Below, piece by piece: positions 1 through 11,445 of a DNA stretch of 64,000 nucleotides (its first letter is position 1; the number at the start of each line of letters is the position of its first letter). The notes under the pieces are model-generated. The model had not been told where the DNA came from. It ran no database searches and worked only from the letters and a program-made list of their open reading frames with translations. A program made the position numbers and the translations under genes. The stretch lies in IMG/VR virus record IMGVR_UViG_3300023179_004209, positions 167,832 to 231,831 of that record. One strand, written 5' to 3'. This DNA comes from a virus (taxonomy: Duplodnaviria > Heunggongvirae > Uroviricota > Caudoviricetes).

Positions 1-384
1 AACTGGATTATCATAAGTGTTATAAAATAGTTGTTTATTGGTATTATATACCAATCTCATATAAGTGCCATCAGTATTAGTTGGGTTGGATGCTGAATTA
101 TAATACTGATTTCCAACGGGAAAAAATGTGCCTGTAATATTTAAACCACGGTGATATTGAATAAAATCATCACTTTGTTGTTGTAATGCTAAATCACAAT
201 AACTGTTTGTTGTAGGCAAACTTGTGCCGTCACCATAATCAATATAAATATGAGATATCGACCCACTTAATGATCCGGACATCCATAATATCAAATCTGT
301 AGCTTCAATATTTGTAGGATTCCAGAGTTTTTTAGCAACAAATGGGGTAACTTGGACATCATCTCTATTTAAACTTTTTATCAT
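1..384 (-). CDS. Putative virion structural protein (partial, runs off window start)
   Basis: Manual translation from ATG at 384 (MIKSLNRDDVQVTPFVAKKLW...) is open to position 1; co-oriented with the baseplate module. Confidence 0.75.
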   Translation of the reverse strand, partial: MIKSLNRDDVQVTPFVAKKLWNPTNIEATDLILWMSGSLSGSISHIYIDYGDGTSLPTTNSYCDLALQQQSDDFIQYHRGLNITGTFFPVGNQYYNSASNPTNTDGTYMRLVYNTNKQLFYNTYDNPV

Positions 385-396
385 TTATCCATTAGT

Positions 397-1503
397 TTAA
401 AAATCAAGTCTAACTCTAATCAATAATTCACTATCAAAAGTTTTTTGTGTTGGTTGACTCAATTTTGCAACTGCTACAAGTTCATTATCACTATCATATA
501 AACCAACTGTGGTAATATATGTTGTAGGATTATTTACAAAATCACTAATCTTAATCGCACCTCTTGCTAATACTGTACCATTCAAACTATCCGTAGTACC
601 ATTAGCAATAAATGTTGGGTTATTTGTATAATTAAAGTCTTGGTTTTTTACTCTTACGAAATATTGAGAGGATGGTAAATATTCAGATTTTCTTACTTTA
701 AATGTTTTTGTTGTACATTTAGTAATTGCTTGGAACATAGTTCTTTGATTCAATGCGTATGTATTGGTTTGATCAGCAACACTTGCAAATGATCCAGTCA
801 AAGATACACCAACCGATGAACTAATCGCACCAGCGTTTAATACAACTGTACCTGTTTTTGGATAAAACAATCCAATTGAATTATATGTAATTACTCCACC
901 ACTTGAATATGCAGATGGTACGCCGTCATTTACACTACCACTAATGATATTATAAACATCCAATTGTTTCTTAACTACAGAAGAATCGTCGATAAATGTA
1001 AATTGTCCGTTAGCACCACTGATACTAAATTCGATTTGTCCTTCATCTACACGGTCTTTATATTTATCAGCTGAGAAATTCAAAACTACTATACCAGATG
1101 CGGTAACAGATGTAGTAGAATCGGTAGATGTAGCTACTGTATAATTACCAGATTTAAAATTAAAAAATGTATCGTCAGGAGTCAATAGTATATTCTTATA
1201 TTGATTATAAATTGCTTGTGTTGGACGAATATATAATGTAGTTGAATCTGTTACCGATGAACCAGAACCATAATAATCACCGTATGTTATTGAAAAATGT
1301 GGTTGATTTTGATAATATACATTGTAATAATACAATCCATTTTGAACATCATATTGGTTTGAACCAGTTAACACTACTTGAGTAGATGATGTTGTAAAAG
1401 ATGATTGTGTTACAGCATAATTGCCGTCAACCCAAAATCCAGAAGAAACCTTATTGATTCTTCCGGCTACTATATCTGTAGATTCAAAGTTTTTAAAAAT
1501 CAT
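397..1503 (-). CDS. Baseplate/tail-associated structural protein
   Basis: 368 aa; C-terminal YITTVGLYDxxNELVAVAKLSQP..K..RVRLDF motif typical of phage tail-collar/baseplate proteins; structural gene context. Confidence 0.6.
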   Translation of the reverse strand: MIFKNFESTDIVAGRINKVSSGFWVDGNYAVTQSSFTTSSTQVVLTGSNQYDVQNGLYYYNVYYQNQPHFSITYGDYYGSGSSVTDSTTLYIRPTQAIYNQYKNILLTPDDTFFNFKSGNYTVATSTDSTTSVTASGIVVLNFSADKYKDRVDEGQIEFSISGANGQFTFIDDSSVVKKQLDVYNIISGSVNDGVPSAYSSGGVITYNSIGLFYPKTGTVVLNAGAISSSVGVSLTGSFASVADQTNTYALNQRTMFQAITKCTTKTFKVRKSEYLPSSQYFVRVKNQDFNYTNNPTFIANGTTDSLNGTVLARGAIKISDFVNNPTTYITTVGLYDSDNELVAVAKLSQPTQKTFDSELLIRVRLDF

Positions 1504-1509
1504 ATTTTA

Positions 1510-2154
1510 TTAAGCGGTTGTAGTTGGAACTGTAATGGTCACTGGAATTGTCAAACTACCACCACTTTCATTTCCAATAATAGTTAATGTTGTAGTTATA
1601 GTAGATATCAAAGCGTTATTTGGTACAAACTTGAATTTGTTACCAACTACTACTTGAGAAGCAGCAGTAACAGCATCACCTGCAAAACTTGGAACTGTTG
1701 CACTAGTAGAATTAATACTATTTGTTTCAGTTACCAACAGTGTTCCTGCATTCTTATTACCCAATATAGCAGTATATCCTAATGTTGTATTATATGTTGG
1801 ATTGGTACTTGGTGAAATTATAAATTCACTTGTATTCAATCTGTCGGTTGTAATACTTGTTTGTGCGATAGAAATCACTGGAATTGCTGTAACACCTGAT
1901 GGTAATGTTACCAATTTATACTTCATTACTTGGGTTTCATCACTAAATGGTTCCAACACTGGAGTATTTCTGATAGCAATATCATAAAATGCACTGCCAA
2001 GTGGATGTGTTGAATTATATAAATTATAGTCAATTTCATCATCCGCAAGAGCAAATGATGTAATGTTCAACGAACCGTTCTTTGCTAACAATTGTCTACC
2101 TTTTTGGGTTAAAATCGCATCAACTGTTATTGTTTTGTTATCTAGATATGCCAT
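1510..2154 (-). CDS. Virion structural protein (baseplate region)
   Basis: 214 aa ORF, beta-rich Thr/Ser composition, contiguous with baseplate genes. Confidence 0.55.
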   Translation of the reverse strand: MAYLDNKTITVDAILTQKGRQLLAKNGSLNITSFALADDEIDYNLYNSTHPLGSAFYDIAIRNTPVLEPFSDETQVMKYKLVTLPSGVTAIPVISIAQTSITTDRLNTSEFIISPSTNPTYNTTLGYTAILGNKNAGTLLVTETNSINSTSATVPSFAGDAVTAASQVVVGNKFKFVPNNALISTITTTLTIIGNESGGSLTIPVTITVPTTTA

Positions 2155-2200
2155 ATAATATAAGTATATTTATCAATAAATATTATTCATTAAATCTTTT

Positions 2201-5200
2201 TTATGAACTAATCAATGAATTTTCAGAAACTTGTAGATTTATTTGAGTTCTTTCGATTGGTGATGAATTATCACTATTGCCTTTATCATCTACAGTTGTA
2301 TATCTAGTTTGACTAGATTTTTTATAAAATGATCCAGTTGATGAATTAACAAAATATTGATTGGTTGAAAATCTTGAAATTCTTCTCTTTAAAGAATAGT
2401 GTCCTACTGGATATGATTCTGTATCAAAAGTTGAAGAATTATTATCGTATGTATTAAATAAAGATGACGAATTTGTATTTACATAGGAATACGTATTTAC
2501 GAACTTACTGCTAGAATTTTCCAAATTAGTATTTGGGTTTCTACCAAACAAATACACCTTTTTATTGTTTCTATAGATATAATTACTTTCATATTTATCA
2601 AAAAACGATCCGCTGATATCAAATACACTCAATCTTTTATCATAGTTTAAACTAGAGAACTGGAATGTTGTATAGTTATTAGACGTATATGATGCAGGAT
2701 GCATCGATGATGTCAATGAACCATATGTAGAAGAAGTTAATGGGAAGTTTAATCCATTTTTACTTAAATTAACTTGACTAGTACTTCTATAATTTCTTTC
2801 AAATGATGCAGAAAAGTTTTTTAATGGTTGATAAGAACTACTTAAATCGTATGCAATAGCACTATTTATTGGACGGTTTTGATATTTATTTCTTTCTAAA
2901 AGACTTGGTTCAATTAATATTCCATCAATTACTTTACTTCTTGCTGGAAGCAATTGTCTTACAGTTTCAAAAAAAGATCCATCAAAATAATTCTTATAAA
3001 GAGTCATAAACTCTTGATATAAGACTTGTTCAGATAAATTATATTTGTTATAATTGTTTCTTAATGTTTGTAAATTTTCATAATTTTCGGAATAAATATT
3101 TGATGGATTACCAATCAAATCCATTATATCATATTCACCCAAGAAATTCAAAATATCATCATCTCTTACTTTAAATGGCGAAATATAGACTGCTAATAAA
3201 TTTGAATCGGTAGTTACTAAATTATTTACAACACTAGTTTCATTAGCCATCAATCTGGCTTCAACTGTTTGTGTTGCTTTATTAATCTTTACATTTTTAA
3301 ATTTATTAGGTCCGTATTGTCCCAATTTAATATTTTGATTAATTTCAATTTCATCAAATTGATATGGATATAAAGATGCGGATACAATTAAACAATTTGA
3401 TTGAGTAGTAGTATTTTGTGCGAAATTATAGGCAGAAGCACTATATTGTGAGTATAATTTATTGGCATTTCTTACAACAAATAAAGCAGGTGAAGAACCA
3501 GTGTACATATTAACTGGATAATCATAACTATATCTAAAATACAAATTGTCGTAAGTTGTACTATCATCGTTTGTTTTATATGAATCAAAATTCTTACAAT
3601 GTTCAATAAATGATTCGTCATCCAACTCATGTTTCCATAGATTTATTTTGTCAATATTTCCTTGGAATAAATTACCTCCACCTGTATAGTTTCCTATATA
3701 GAGCAAGCCAAATGAATTGAATGTTTCATTTATACCTTCAGTTCCACTAATAATTGATTTTGTATCATCAAATACAATTTCATCGTTATCAACAGATGTT
3801 ACTCTTAAAGAATATTGATATGGCAATTGTCCACCTGAACCAGTATCATAACTGGAAGATAAATTAATTTGTTTAATTAATACATTGAATACATTCCCAT
3901 TAAACAATGGTAAAGAATCCGTTTCAAGATAATCCGTTGGTCTTCCATATGGAGAAGACATATCAAATTTTAATTTTCCAAAAGTATCTTTAGATTCTTT
4001 AGTAATTGATACATCCCAATTAGTAGTTTTTAGAAGACTAACTTTAGTATTTTGTGGATAAATATAATCACTATCAATTCTGAATTTGAATTCTATTGAA
4101 TTGACATAATTTGATGACCCGGACACTGGAATTACTATTGCATCCCCATTTCTAGTATATTTTGTAAAATAATATTTGTTTTGGTATGTGTAGGATGAAT
4201 TATCCTCATCAGATATCTTATTACCACCGTATTCCTTAACATTCAATAAACTACGAGGAATTCCATATATATTAGATACTACTCTAATGCATTCTTCGGT
4301 TCCTTTGGTCTTATAAATCAATGGAAGAGTCTTTAAAATTCTATTCCAAATTATCTTTAATTTGTCATAATCGGAATAAGCGTTTGATCCAGTCAAGTAA
4401 TTAGATTCGATGGATGAATTGTCAAATGAACTGATTGGATTCCATCCAAATTGTTGTAATAATGTATTTGCTACAGTACTTACATAACTTGATGATAAAT
4501 TACTTTCAACATATTGTTGAGTTGGAAAGTTCTTAATGTACAAGTAAATATTATCAAAATGATGTCCGATCATTGATAAAAATATCAAATAATCAGTGTT
4601 ATTATCATCTAAAAGAATATATTCAGGCGTATTATTTACAAGACTATCTCTGTTATTTTTATCGAATTCAATTGCATTTTCAATATAATCCGGATAATTG
4701 TAATTTTGTACATATGCACCATTAACAAATGATGTTGTACTACCGCTTACTAATGTAATATTTTGATACAAATATGAATCATATCCATCAAATGAATTAA
4801 ATATAGTATTTAATTGTGATTGGTATTGATTTATTTCTTCTGCATATGATGCACTAATAAATGAATATGATGTTAATAGTGTATAAGATGACGCACTATT
4901 CGCAGCAGATGCGGATAGAGTAGTCAATATAGAATTAATTGACTTATTAAGTTGATTGATTGACGTAACTTTATTTAAAAATAACTTGGTTCTTAATTCA
5001 GCAGAACCGAATACAATGAAATTTGAGAAATCGGAATAATCTACATTAAGATTGTTTAATTTCTTATAAAATTCTACATCATTTTTTGTAGTATTATCTA
5101 ATTTCAAATCATTCGAATTTTGATAATTTACAGGAGAACTTTTATATGAATCGGTTGCTATTTTAAAATTTGGTCCTGATATTTTAAAATTTCTTTTAAC

Positions 5201-6439
5201 TATAGGAACGTTGATTACAAATTTTTGAATTACAGGTACAAGTGATATATTTGAAATCCAACATTTGTCTCTTAAAGAAACATTTAATGGTAGTTCGTCA
5301 AATAGTTTTACAATAACATTTGTATTACCGTTTTCTTCGACAAATGTGTAATTTAATATTGTATAAAATATATCGTTGCCAAAATTCAATGCGTTTTTCA
5401 AATACGCATACAACTTATTGTTATGATAAATTTGAACAGTATCAACTACATTTAAAATGAAATTTGTAAAAAATAAATCTGTAATGAAATTTTCAACTTG
5501 AGTAGTAAAATCAATATTACTAGTATAATAGGAATTGATTTGATTTAATCTAATTGATATTGACTTTTGAACAATATACTTAAATTGAGTTTTAATCTGA
5601 TCAAATGAATAAATTGATTTGTAATATGTATACAACCAATCCTTAATATAATTTTTAGTACCTTCAAAACTGTTTTGTATCAATTGTCCGTTTTGAGAAT
5701 TTACATAAGGACGATTGAATCCATTATAAGTATCATCTAAAAATGCAAGTATATCTGCATCTGATTTAAATCCAAAATTAGTTCTTAATAGTGTAAAAAT
5801 TGCTTTATTATTTTGAATTAATGAATCACTATTTTTATAGATTTGATATGAATCCAAAAAATAATTGAACAATGGAATTGTATCTCTAATCAATACTGCT
5901 TTTCTGGCAAATGCTTGATATTGAAGATTAACAAGTATGTTTTCTTCACTTGTTAAATCTAATTTAAATGATGGTGTAAGTTTAATTTCTCGTCTATTAG
6001 GAGAAATTTCTTTAATGTAGAGTTGATAATCAGGATTACCACCAACATTTCTAATAAAATTATAACTTGCAACGTGATTGCCGGAATTAATATTTGAACC
6101 GGAAAAATCTTGAAGTGTACTTAATAATATATTTTTATTGAACGCTATAGTATAACTGCTATTATATTGTTTGTAACTATAAGTTAATGTATTATTATCA
6201 ACATCTTTGTATGTTTTATTTAATACTGTATATGTTGTTGAAACTGGTAAATATTTCCATACATTTATGTTACCTTCAATGTCATATACACTAAATTCGA
6301 TTAAATCTTGTTCAGAATTTCCGAAATAATATTCTTGAAATGGTACATCAACGAATGTATCCAAATCGTTTTGTAAAAAGTAAGAACCACTATTTAGTGA
6401 TCCACTATTTGATGATATTGTTGGAAATGGAAATGCCAT
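2201..6439 (-). CDS. Large baseplate wedge-like protein with probable LamG/concanavalin-like domain
   Basis: 1412 aa; SIEFKFR...LYIG...FQGNIDKINLW segment resembles LamG; YGIP..LNVKEYGG segment resembles wedge proteins. Confidence 0.55.
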   Translation of the reverse strand: MAFPFPTISSNSGSLNSGSYFLQNDLDTFVDVPFQEYYFGNSEQDLIEFSVYDIEGNINVWKYLPVSTTYTVLNKTYKDVDNNTLTYSYKQYNSSYTIAFNKNILLSTLQDFSGSNINSGNHVASYNFIRNVGGNPDYQLYIKEISPNRREIKLTPSFKLDLTSEENILVNLQYQAFARKAVLIRDTIPLFNYFLDSYQIYKNSDSLIQNNKAIFTLLRTNFGFKSDADILAFLDDTYNGFNRPYVNSQNGQLIQNSFEGTKNYIKDWLYTYYKSIYSFDQIKTQFKYIVQKSISIRLNQINSYYTSNIDFTTQVENFITDLFFTNFILNVVDTVQIYHNNKLYAYLKNALNFGNDIFYTILNYTFVEENGNTNVIVKLFDELPLNVSLRDKCWISNISLVPVIQKFVINVPIVKRNFKISGPNFKIATDSYKSSPVNYQNSNDLKLDNTTKNDVEFYKKLNNLNVDYSDFSNFIVFGSAELRTKLFLNKVTSINQLNKSINSILTTLSASAANSASSYTLLTSYSFISASYAEEINQYQSQLNTIFNSFDGYDSYLYQNITLVSGSTTSFVNGAYVQNYNYPDYIENAIEFDKNNRDSLVNNTPEYILLDDNNTDYLIFLSMIGHHFDNIYLYIKNFPTQQYVESNLSSSYVSTVANTLLQQFGWNPISSFDNSSIESNYLTGSNAYSDYDKLKIIWNRILKTLPLIYKTKGTEECIRVVSNIYGIPRSLLNVKEYGGNKISDEDNSSYTYQNKYYFTKYTRNGDAIVIPVSGSSNYVNSIEFKFRIDSDYIYPQNTKVSLLKTTNWDVSITKESKDTFGKLKFDMSSPYGRPTDYLETDSLPLFNGNVFNVLIKQINLSSSYDTGSGGQLPYQYSLRVTSVDNDEIVFDDTKSIISGTEGINETFNSFGLLYIGNYTGGGNLFQGNIDKINLWKHELDDESFIEHCKNFDSYKTNDDSTTYDNLYFRYSYDYPVNMYTGSSPALFVVRNANKLYSQYSASAYNFAQNTTTQSNCLIVSASLYPYQFDEIEINQNIKLGQYGPNKFKNVKINKATQTVEARLMANETSVVNNLVTTDSNLLAVYISPFKVRDDDILNFLGEYDIMDLIGNPSNIYSENYENLQTLRNNYNKYNLSEQVLYQEFMTLYKNYFDGSFFETVRQLLPARSKVIDGILIEPSLLERNKYQNRPINSAIAYDLSSSYQPLKNFSASFERNYRSTSQVNLSKNGLNFPLTSSTYGSLTSSMHPASYTSNNYTTFQFSSLNYDKRLSVFDISGSFFDKYESNYIYRNNKKVYLFGRNPNTNLENSSSKFVNTYSYVNTNSSSLFNTYDNNSSTFDTESYPVGHYSLKRRISRFSTNQYFVNSSTGSFYKKSSQTRYTTVDDKGNSDNSSPIERTQINLQVSENSLISS

Positions 6440-6442
6440 AAA

Positions 6443-6895
6443 TTATTCATTTTCAGATTTTAAATTAAACGGAAATTGATCAGAAAAATCTTCTGATTTG
6501 GTTCCTTGTTTTAATTTAATTCTTAATTCTACTATTAAATCTCTTGCCGCACTTAATTGTGATTTTGAAGGATCTGACTGTACTTCATCAACCAATTGAT
6601 TTAATTTTTCCTTCAAACCTTGATTTTCATACAATACTTTATTATATTCAGTTAAGAAAGTTTGGTCAAATACTTGTTTTTGAACGATAGGTTCTGTTTG
6701 TATTTCAGTAATACCTACATCATATAAATTTTCAATTTCTTCTTTTTTATAATTAAAATTTATCAATTCAAACGCTATATATTGTTCATTTGCTTCACTT
6801 GAACTAATATATAAATTTACATTACCAAATTCATCAATATTATTAGTGAATTGGCCTGTTAATAAAAAATCATTTATTTGGGATTTTATACTCAT
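6443..6895 (-). CDS. Hypothetical protein with coiled coil
   Basis: 150 aa ORF in operon, ATGA overlap with upstream gene. Confidence 0.6.
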   Translation of the reverse strand: MSIKSQINDFLLTGQFTNNIDEFGNVNLYISSSEANEQYIAFELINFNYKKEEIENLYDVGITEIQTEPIVQKQVFDQTFLTEYNKVLYENQGLKEKLNQLVDEVQSDPSKSQLSAARDLIVELRIKLKQGTKSEDFSDQFPFNLKSENE

Positions 6896-8517
6896 CTTGA
6901 TACTTTAAATATGTTTCCATTATCAAATATTATGACTTCACCGTTAATTTCTGTTTTTATTAAAATTCTGTAATATCTTTCAACGGGTAAACCAGTTGTA
7001 TCTAATCTGAAATAATGAATTACGCCATCACAACTTAATTTTGTGTAATCATCAAAATCAATTACGAAATTTTCACTTTCATTATCTTTAATCGCATAAT
7101 ATGAATCAGATGGTAATAAACTTGAACTCAAATATTGACTTTGTTGATATCCTTTAACAAAGTTTTTAAGTGGTGCCTTTTCTCTCGCAAATATGTTTAT
7201 ACGAGGTATACTTCCAAATTTATACTCTCTGCCTACATTCTTAATAACTACGGTATATGGACTTAATCCTGTTAATGCTATTAAACTGCCTGTAGAATAT
7301 GTACTATCATCCCACTTGACATCCAAATATGGTTGATAAATGGTATTTGTTTCTTTACTAAAGAATCTAATACTAGAATTTATATCGTTTGATTGAATCA
7401 ATTCAAGTGAGCTAATCAAAATAAATCCGTTATTTGGTACACATCCACATATCCAACCTTTAACAATTGGTGTAACATCCATATAAATATCAGATGTACT
7501 GTATGAATATGATTGTGAACAAATCAATGAACTTCCGCTCAATGATGATGAACAAAATGAAGATATATAAACAGATGAACTCAACGTATTATAAAATGAT
7601 GATGATGTATTTGATGTTGGTTGCGAATATGTTGAAGGTACATTATAAAACCATGTCGCACCACCATTTTGGAATGATGATGATCCCAAACTTGAAGTCA
7701 ATAAATAATCACTGAAATTATATGTAACTGAAGATGCAGTTGGACTATACCATAAACTAGATGTATTCTGAGTAGTATTATAATACCAACTAGCACCAAA
7801 ACTACCTAATCCTTCAGTATCATATCTTCCCGTACCCATATCCCAACTCTTGCTAACTGGATATGCATATATTTTATAGTCCAATGGCACTTCACTTGTA
7901 GAAGATGCTTTTAACTTTAAGAAAAATTTAGAACCATTGTTTATATCTCCGGACAAAAGAGAACTTGAAATTGAAGTTAAATCAAATTGGATCAAAATTC
8001 TACTAAATTCGGGATCATTTGTAAAATTTGTAATTGGATCGTATACGCTTTGTGTTCCTTGTAATGTTCCATTTATACATCCATCAAAATTACTTAAAGA
8101 TCCACTAGCAAAGAAAATCGAACCAGTGAAAGATCCTACTATACTTCCACTAATACTACCTGTTACTGGACCATTATAATTAGTTAAACTTGATGTTATC
8201 GGTATACCTGCGCCATATGTTCCCGATACATATCCATTATAATTAATTGATCTGAATTGTGATGATCCACTGCCATATATGTTTGATGATTCTGCGGCTC
8301 CTGATATATAACTTCCAGAAATACTTCCTGTATAATTCAATACATCAAAAGTTGAGTAACTACCAGAAAGACTTGCTGAACTGTAAAAAGTTACATTACT
8401 TACTAATTGATTTTGTGCTTTTAATTCTAAAATTTCGTCAATTCCAAAATTTTTATCGGCATAACCAGTTTCGTTAGTTATGAATGTGTCTTGTTTTGGA
8501 AATATAAATGTGTGCAT
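6892..8517 (-). CDS. Virion structural protein (DNRLRE-like beta domain)
   Basis: 541 aa; KQDTFI...NFG..EILEL, RILIQFDL and YQPYLDVKWDD motifs; Ser/Gly-rich insert. Confidence 0.5.
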   Translation of the reverse strand: MHTFIFPKQDTFITNETGYADKNFGIDEILELKAQNQLVSNVTFYSSASLSGSYSTFDVLNYTGSISGSYISGAAESSNIYGSGSSQFRSINYNGYVSGTYGAGIPITSSLTNYNGPVTGSISGSIVGSFTGSIFFASGSLSNFDGCINGTLQGTQSVYDPITNFTNDPEFSRILIQFDLTSISSSLLSGDINNGSKFFLKLKASSTSEVPLDYKIYAYPVSKSWDMGTGRYDTEGLGSFGASWYYNTTQNTSSLWYSPTASSVTYNFSDYLLTSSLGSSSFQNGGATWFYNVPSTYSQPTSNTSSSFYNTLSSSVYISSFCSSSLSGSSLICSQSYSYSTSDIYMDVTPIVKGWICGCVPNNGFILISSLELIQSNDINSSIRFFSKETNTIYQPYLDVKWDDSTYSTGSLIALTGLSPYTVVIKNVGREYKFGSIPRINIFAREKAPLKNFVKGYQQSQYLSSSLLPSDSYYAIKDNESENFVIDFDDYTKLSCDGVIHYFRLDTTGLPVERYYRILIKTEINGEVIIFDNGNIFKVSR

Positions 8518-8572
8518 ACTCTATTATATAAATATAAGTATGAAATTTATAAGACTTTTAATGATAAATTTA

Positions 8573-10555
8573 TTAAATTACTGCTCCTCTAATGTCATTA
8601 TCTGGATATTTGACTTCAAATACAGAAGGATCTAATGATGGATATATAATTTTATTATGAGTTGCTTCGGACAAATTATATTCATGTGGAGAATAATCTC
8701 CATCATTTTGGGTAAGATTCTTAAACTTTACTTCCGCAACAGATTGTACACCTTCAACTTTAGCCAATTCTAATTCTAATTGATTAATATTGATTGGTTG
8801 ATTAAAATACCATTTATCAATATTAAAGAAATCTTTGGCTTTTTGAAGACATTGGTCCAAAACTTCCTTTTTATTAAAATTGTTATAAACTAAAATTTTA
8901 AAGTCTACACCGATGTTAATAATATAACCGTCGATTATATTAACACTATCTGAAATGATCTTATATTTTTGTAGATATTGTCTGATGTTGTATACCAATG
9001 CTTCATTAATTTGAGTCAAATTTTTGTTTGAATTATAACTTAAAACATATAAATTCAAACTAAATGGATTGGATACATCAAAATTTACTTTTCTGTAATT
9101 ATTTTCCGAACTATTATTAATTAATGTTGTTTGATTTTCATTATTTATAAATCCACTTAATAATGTTTGGTTTGTTGAAATTGATAAATCCGAATTTGGT
9201 ATTACCATTACTTTTGCAATTGAACCAAATCTTGGTGGTATTGAATATATTCTGGAAATATAATCATCTACCGTAACTGTTCTATTTTGAGAACCAAAAT
9301 TAGCCAAAGCATTTTGTCTTATTTCTTCTACACTTTCTTCGTTTTTTCCACCAATTGCAGGATTTGGGTTGGATATTCTCAATGAATTTTTAACAGTAGT
9401 TAATAAAGAATTTTGAGATGGTGTTAAACCTGTAGTATCATTTAAATATGTAACAGATGATATATTTTTGATAGTATCTGATGGCGAATTTGATAACAAT
9501 CCACCACCAACCAAATATTGTACAGTTAATACTGTATTAGATGGTGCTTGACCAAATGTTTCCGAATTTAATAATTTACTGGTATCATAATTCAAATTTA
9601 AATTGCTGATATTTGTCAGTCCTATACCTACCAATTCTGAATTTGGATATATTACTTCATCCGAAGTTGCATCTGTACCCGCACCAAATTCAAGATATGT
9701 TATATTATTAGCGGTAACATTTACAACAAATTTTCTTGATGTCTTGAAACTTTTAATTAACTTAGGAACTTCAGATGAATACTGAACATATGTATTATTA
9801 GTAAAATCAGTATTTTCTGTCTCAGTAAACACTAAATCTTGAGCCAAGTAATCAACTTCATACCATTTATTGTTATCACTATCTTTTACATCAATTATGT
9901 CAATAACATTAAGTTCAGACAGTGATATTTTATAAAATGGTACTGCGGCTCCTACCGTAAATGATTTAGTAGTAATTTTACCTGCAATAACTTTTACGGA
10001 TTTTTTTAACAAGAAAAATTGCGGTATACCATAATTGTCTCTTGAATAAACAGTAACTTCTCTGGGAGAAAATTTACTATCAAGAGAAAAATCAACAGGA
10101 TCAGTTGTAATGAAACTCACGCCGCTTTCATTAGAAACTTCCATATACTCTCTTATTTTTAGAGCATAGTTATTGTCGGGAATATAATTATTGTCGGAGT
10201 CTTTAGTAGAAGGAATTAATTGATATAAATCAATGGTTGTTGTAGCAGATTTGGTTGGTTTTGTTTTATATCCAAGATAGTTTGCTAATGCTAGAACATT
10301 CTTTCTTTCTTCTGCATATGGCATTAAACTTTCTTTAAATTGATAGTCAGTATAATATGAAAGAACATCTCCAATATAAGATGCCATTTCAATGAACATC
10401 ATACCAGGAGACGCATCACTAAAATCTTTATATGTTCTTGGAAAATAAGTCTTTGAATATTCAATTAAAGATGATTTAAAAGAAGAAAAGTCTCTGTTAA
10501 GATACTTAATTTCTCTGCTGGAACCATTAAAAGACTTTTGTATAATGTCTGCCAT
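8573..10555 (-). CDS. Baseplate wedge subunit (T4 gp6/baseplate J-like)
   Basis: 660 aa; DFSDASPGMMFIEMASYIGDVLSYY, GG..EESVEEIRQNA and QNRTVTVDDY motifs. Confidence 0.85.
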   Translation of the reverse strand: MADIIQKSFNGSSREIKYLNRDFSSFKSSLIEYSKTYFPRTYKDFSDASPGMMFIEMASYIGDVLSYYTDYQFKESLMPYAEERKNVLALANYLGYKTKPTKSATTTIDLYQLIPSTKDSDNNYIPDNNYALKIREYMEVSNESGVSFITTDPVDFSLDSKFSPREVTVYSRDNYGIPQFFLLKKSVKVIAGKITTKSFTVGAAVPFYKISLSELNVIDIIDVKDSDNNKWYEVDYLAQDLVFTETENTDFTNNTYVQYSSEVPKLIKSFKTSRKFVVNVTANNITYLEFGAGTDATSDEVIYPNSELVGIGLTNISNLNLNYDTSKLLNSETFGQAPSNTVLTVQYLVGGGLLSNSPSDTIKNISSVTYLNDTTGLTPSQNSLLTTVKNSLRISNPNPAIGGKNEESVEEIRQNALANFGSQNRTVTVDDYISRIYSIPPRFGSIAKVMVIPNSDLSISTNQTLLSGFINNENQTTLINNSSENNYRKVNFDVSNPFSLNLYVLSYNSNKNLTQINEALVYNIRQYLQKYKIISDSVNIIDGYIINIGVDFKILVYNNFNKKEVLDQCLQKAKDFFNIDKWYFNQPININQLELELAKVEGVQSVAEVKFKNLTQNDGDYSPHEYNLSEATHNKIIYPSLDPSVFEVKYPDNDIRGAVI

Positions 10556-10557
10556 AA

Positions 10558-10953
10558 TTATATATTATTTTGATTAATTCTCAAACTAACAGTATCAGTT
10601 TGGTTATTAATCGTAAATTGTATTTTTATATATAATATATAACTATCTGTAAGTTTATTTTTTTCTTGATTTGATACATTAATATCGACTTTATTTACTG
10701 TTACACCAGGTACATAATTTTTAATTTCATCCGTTATAATCTGTTTTATTATATCTGGAGATTCTTCTATATTTTGTTCAAATAAATATTCTTGTAGACC
10801 AGAACCAAAGTTGGGATTCATCCGTCTTTCCCCTTTTTTGGTTCTCAATAAATTAGTAATATTGGATTTTACTTGAGTTAAAGTATCATAACTCTGTTGA
10901 AAATATCCATTTTTACCAATTTGAAGTGGTAATGTTAGTCCTATTGGATTCAT
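10558..10953 (-). CDS. Baseplate wedge subunit gp25/GPW-like
   Basis: 131 aa; NLLRTKKGERRMNPNFGSGLQEYLFE motif; adjacent to gp6-like gene. Confidence 0.9.
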   Translation of the reverse strand: MNPIGLTLPLQIGKNGYFQQSYDTLTQVKSNITNLLRTKKGERRMNPNFGSGLQEYLFEQNIEESPDIIKQIITDEIKNYVPGVTVNKVDINVSNQEKNKLTDSYILYIKIQFTINNQTDTVSLRINQNNI

Positions 10954-10954
10954 A

Positions 10955-11428
10955 TTATCCCATTGATACCATACTAGAACCTAAAGTTCCGTGTTGTTTC
11001 TTTTTATCTACTGCTTTCATTAAACTTCTAAAGTCTCTATTAAGAACATTCATTACTTTACCTTGTTCTTCAGTAACAGGAGCAACAGGTTGTGGTGTTT
11101 CAACTGTTTCATTCATTTGCATACCAGCAAATGCTTGTGATTTAAAATTAGAATCGAGTCCAGCGATTGAACCTTCACTTGGTATTTTTACAACGGTTTG
11201 ATTCAAAATTTCATTTAAAACTGGATTGCTTGAATATTTCTTAATTTCTTTTGGTTTTTGTACTGATTCCTGAACAGTGTTTTTTACAACTTGATTAGAC
11301 TGAATCATTTCCGATGGTTTACCGGAAAGAATTTCAGTCAATACCTTTGGAATTAATGTAGGTAATGTTTTATCCAACTCTTCTTTAATTACTGATCTAA
11401 TTATCTCTTTTAATTCGTTGCTTTTCAT
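10955..11428 (-). CDS. Hypothetical protein (N-terminal MKSNELKEIIRSVIKEE motif)
   Basis: 157 aa ORF preceded by TAATTATA motif. Confidence 0.6.
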   Translation of the reverse strand: MKSNELKEIIRSVIKEELDKTLPTLIPKVLTEILSGKPSEMIQSNQVVKNTVQESVQKPKEIKKYSSNPVLNEILNQTVVKIPSEGSIAGLDSNFKSQAFAGMQMNETVETPQPVAPVTEEQGKVMNVLNRDFRSLMKAVDKKKQHGTLGSSMVSMG

Positions 11429-11445
11429 ATACTATATAATTATCA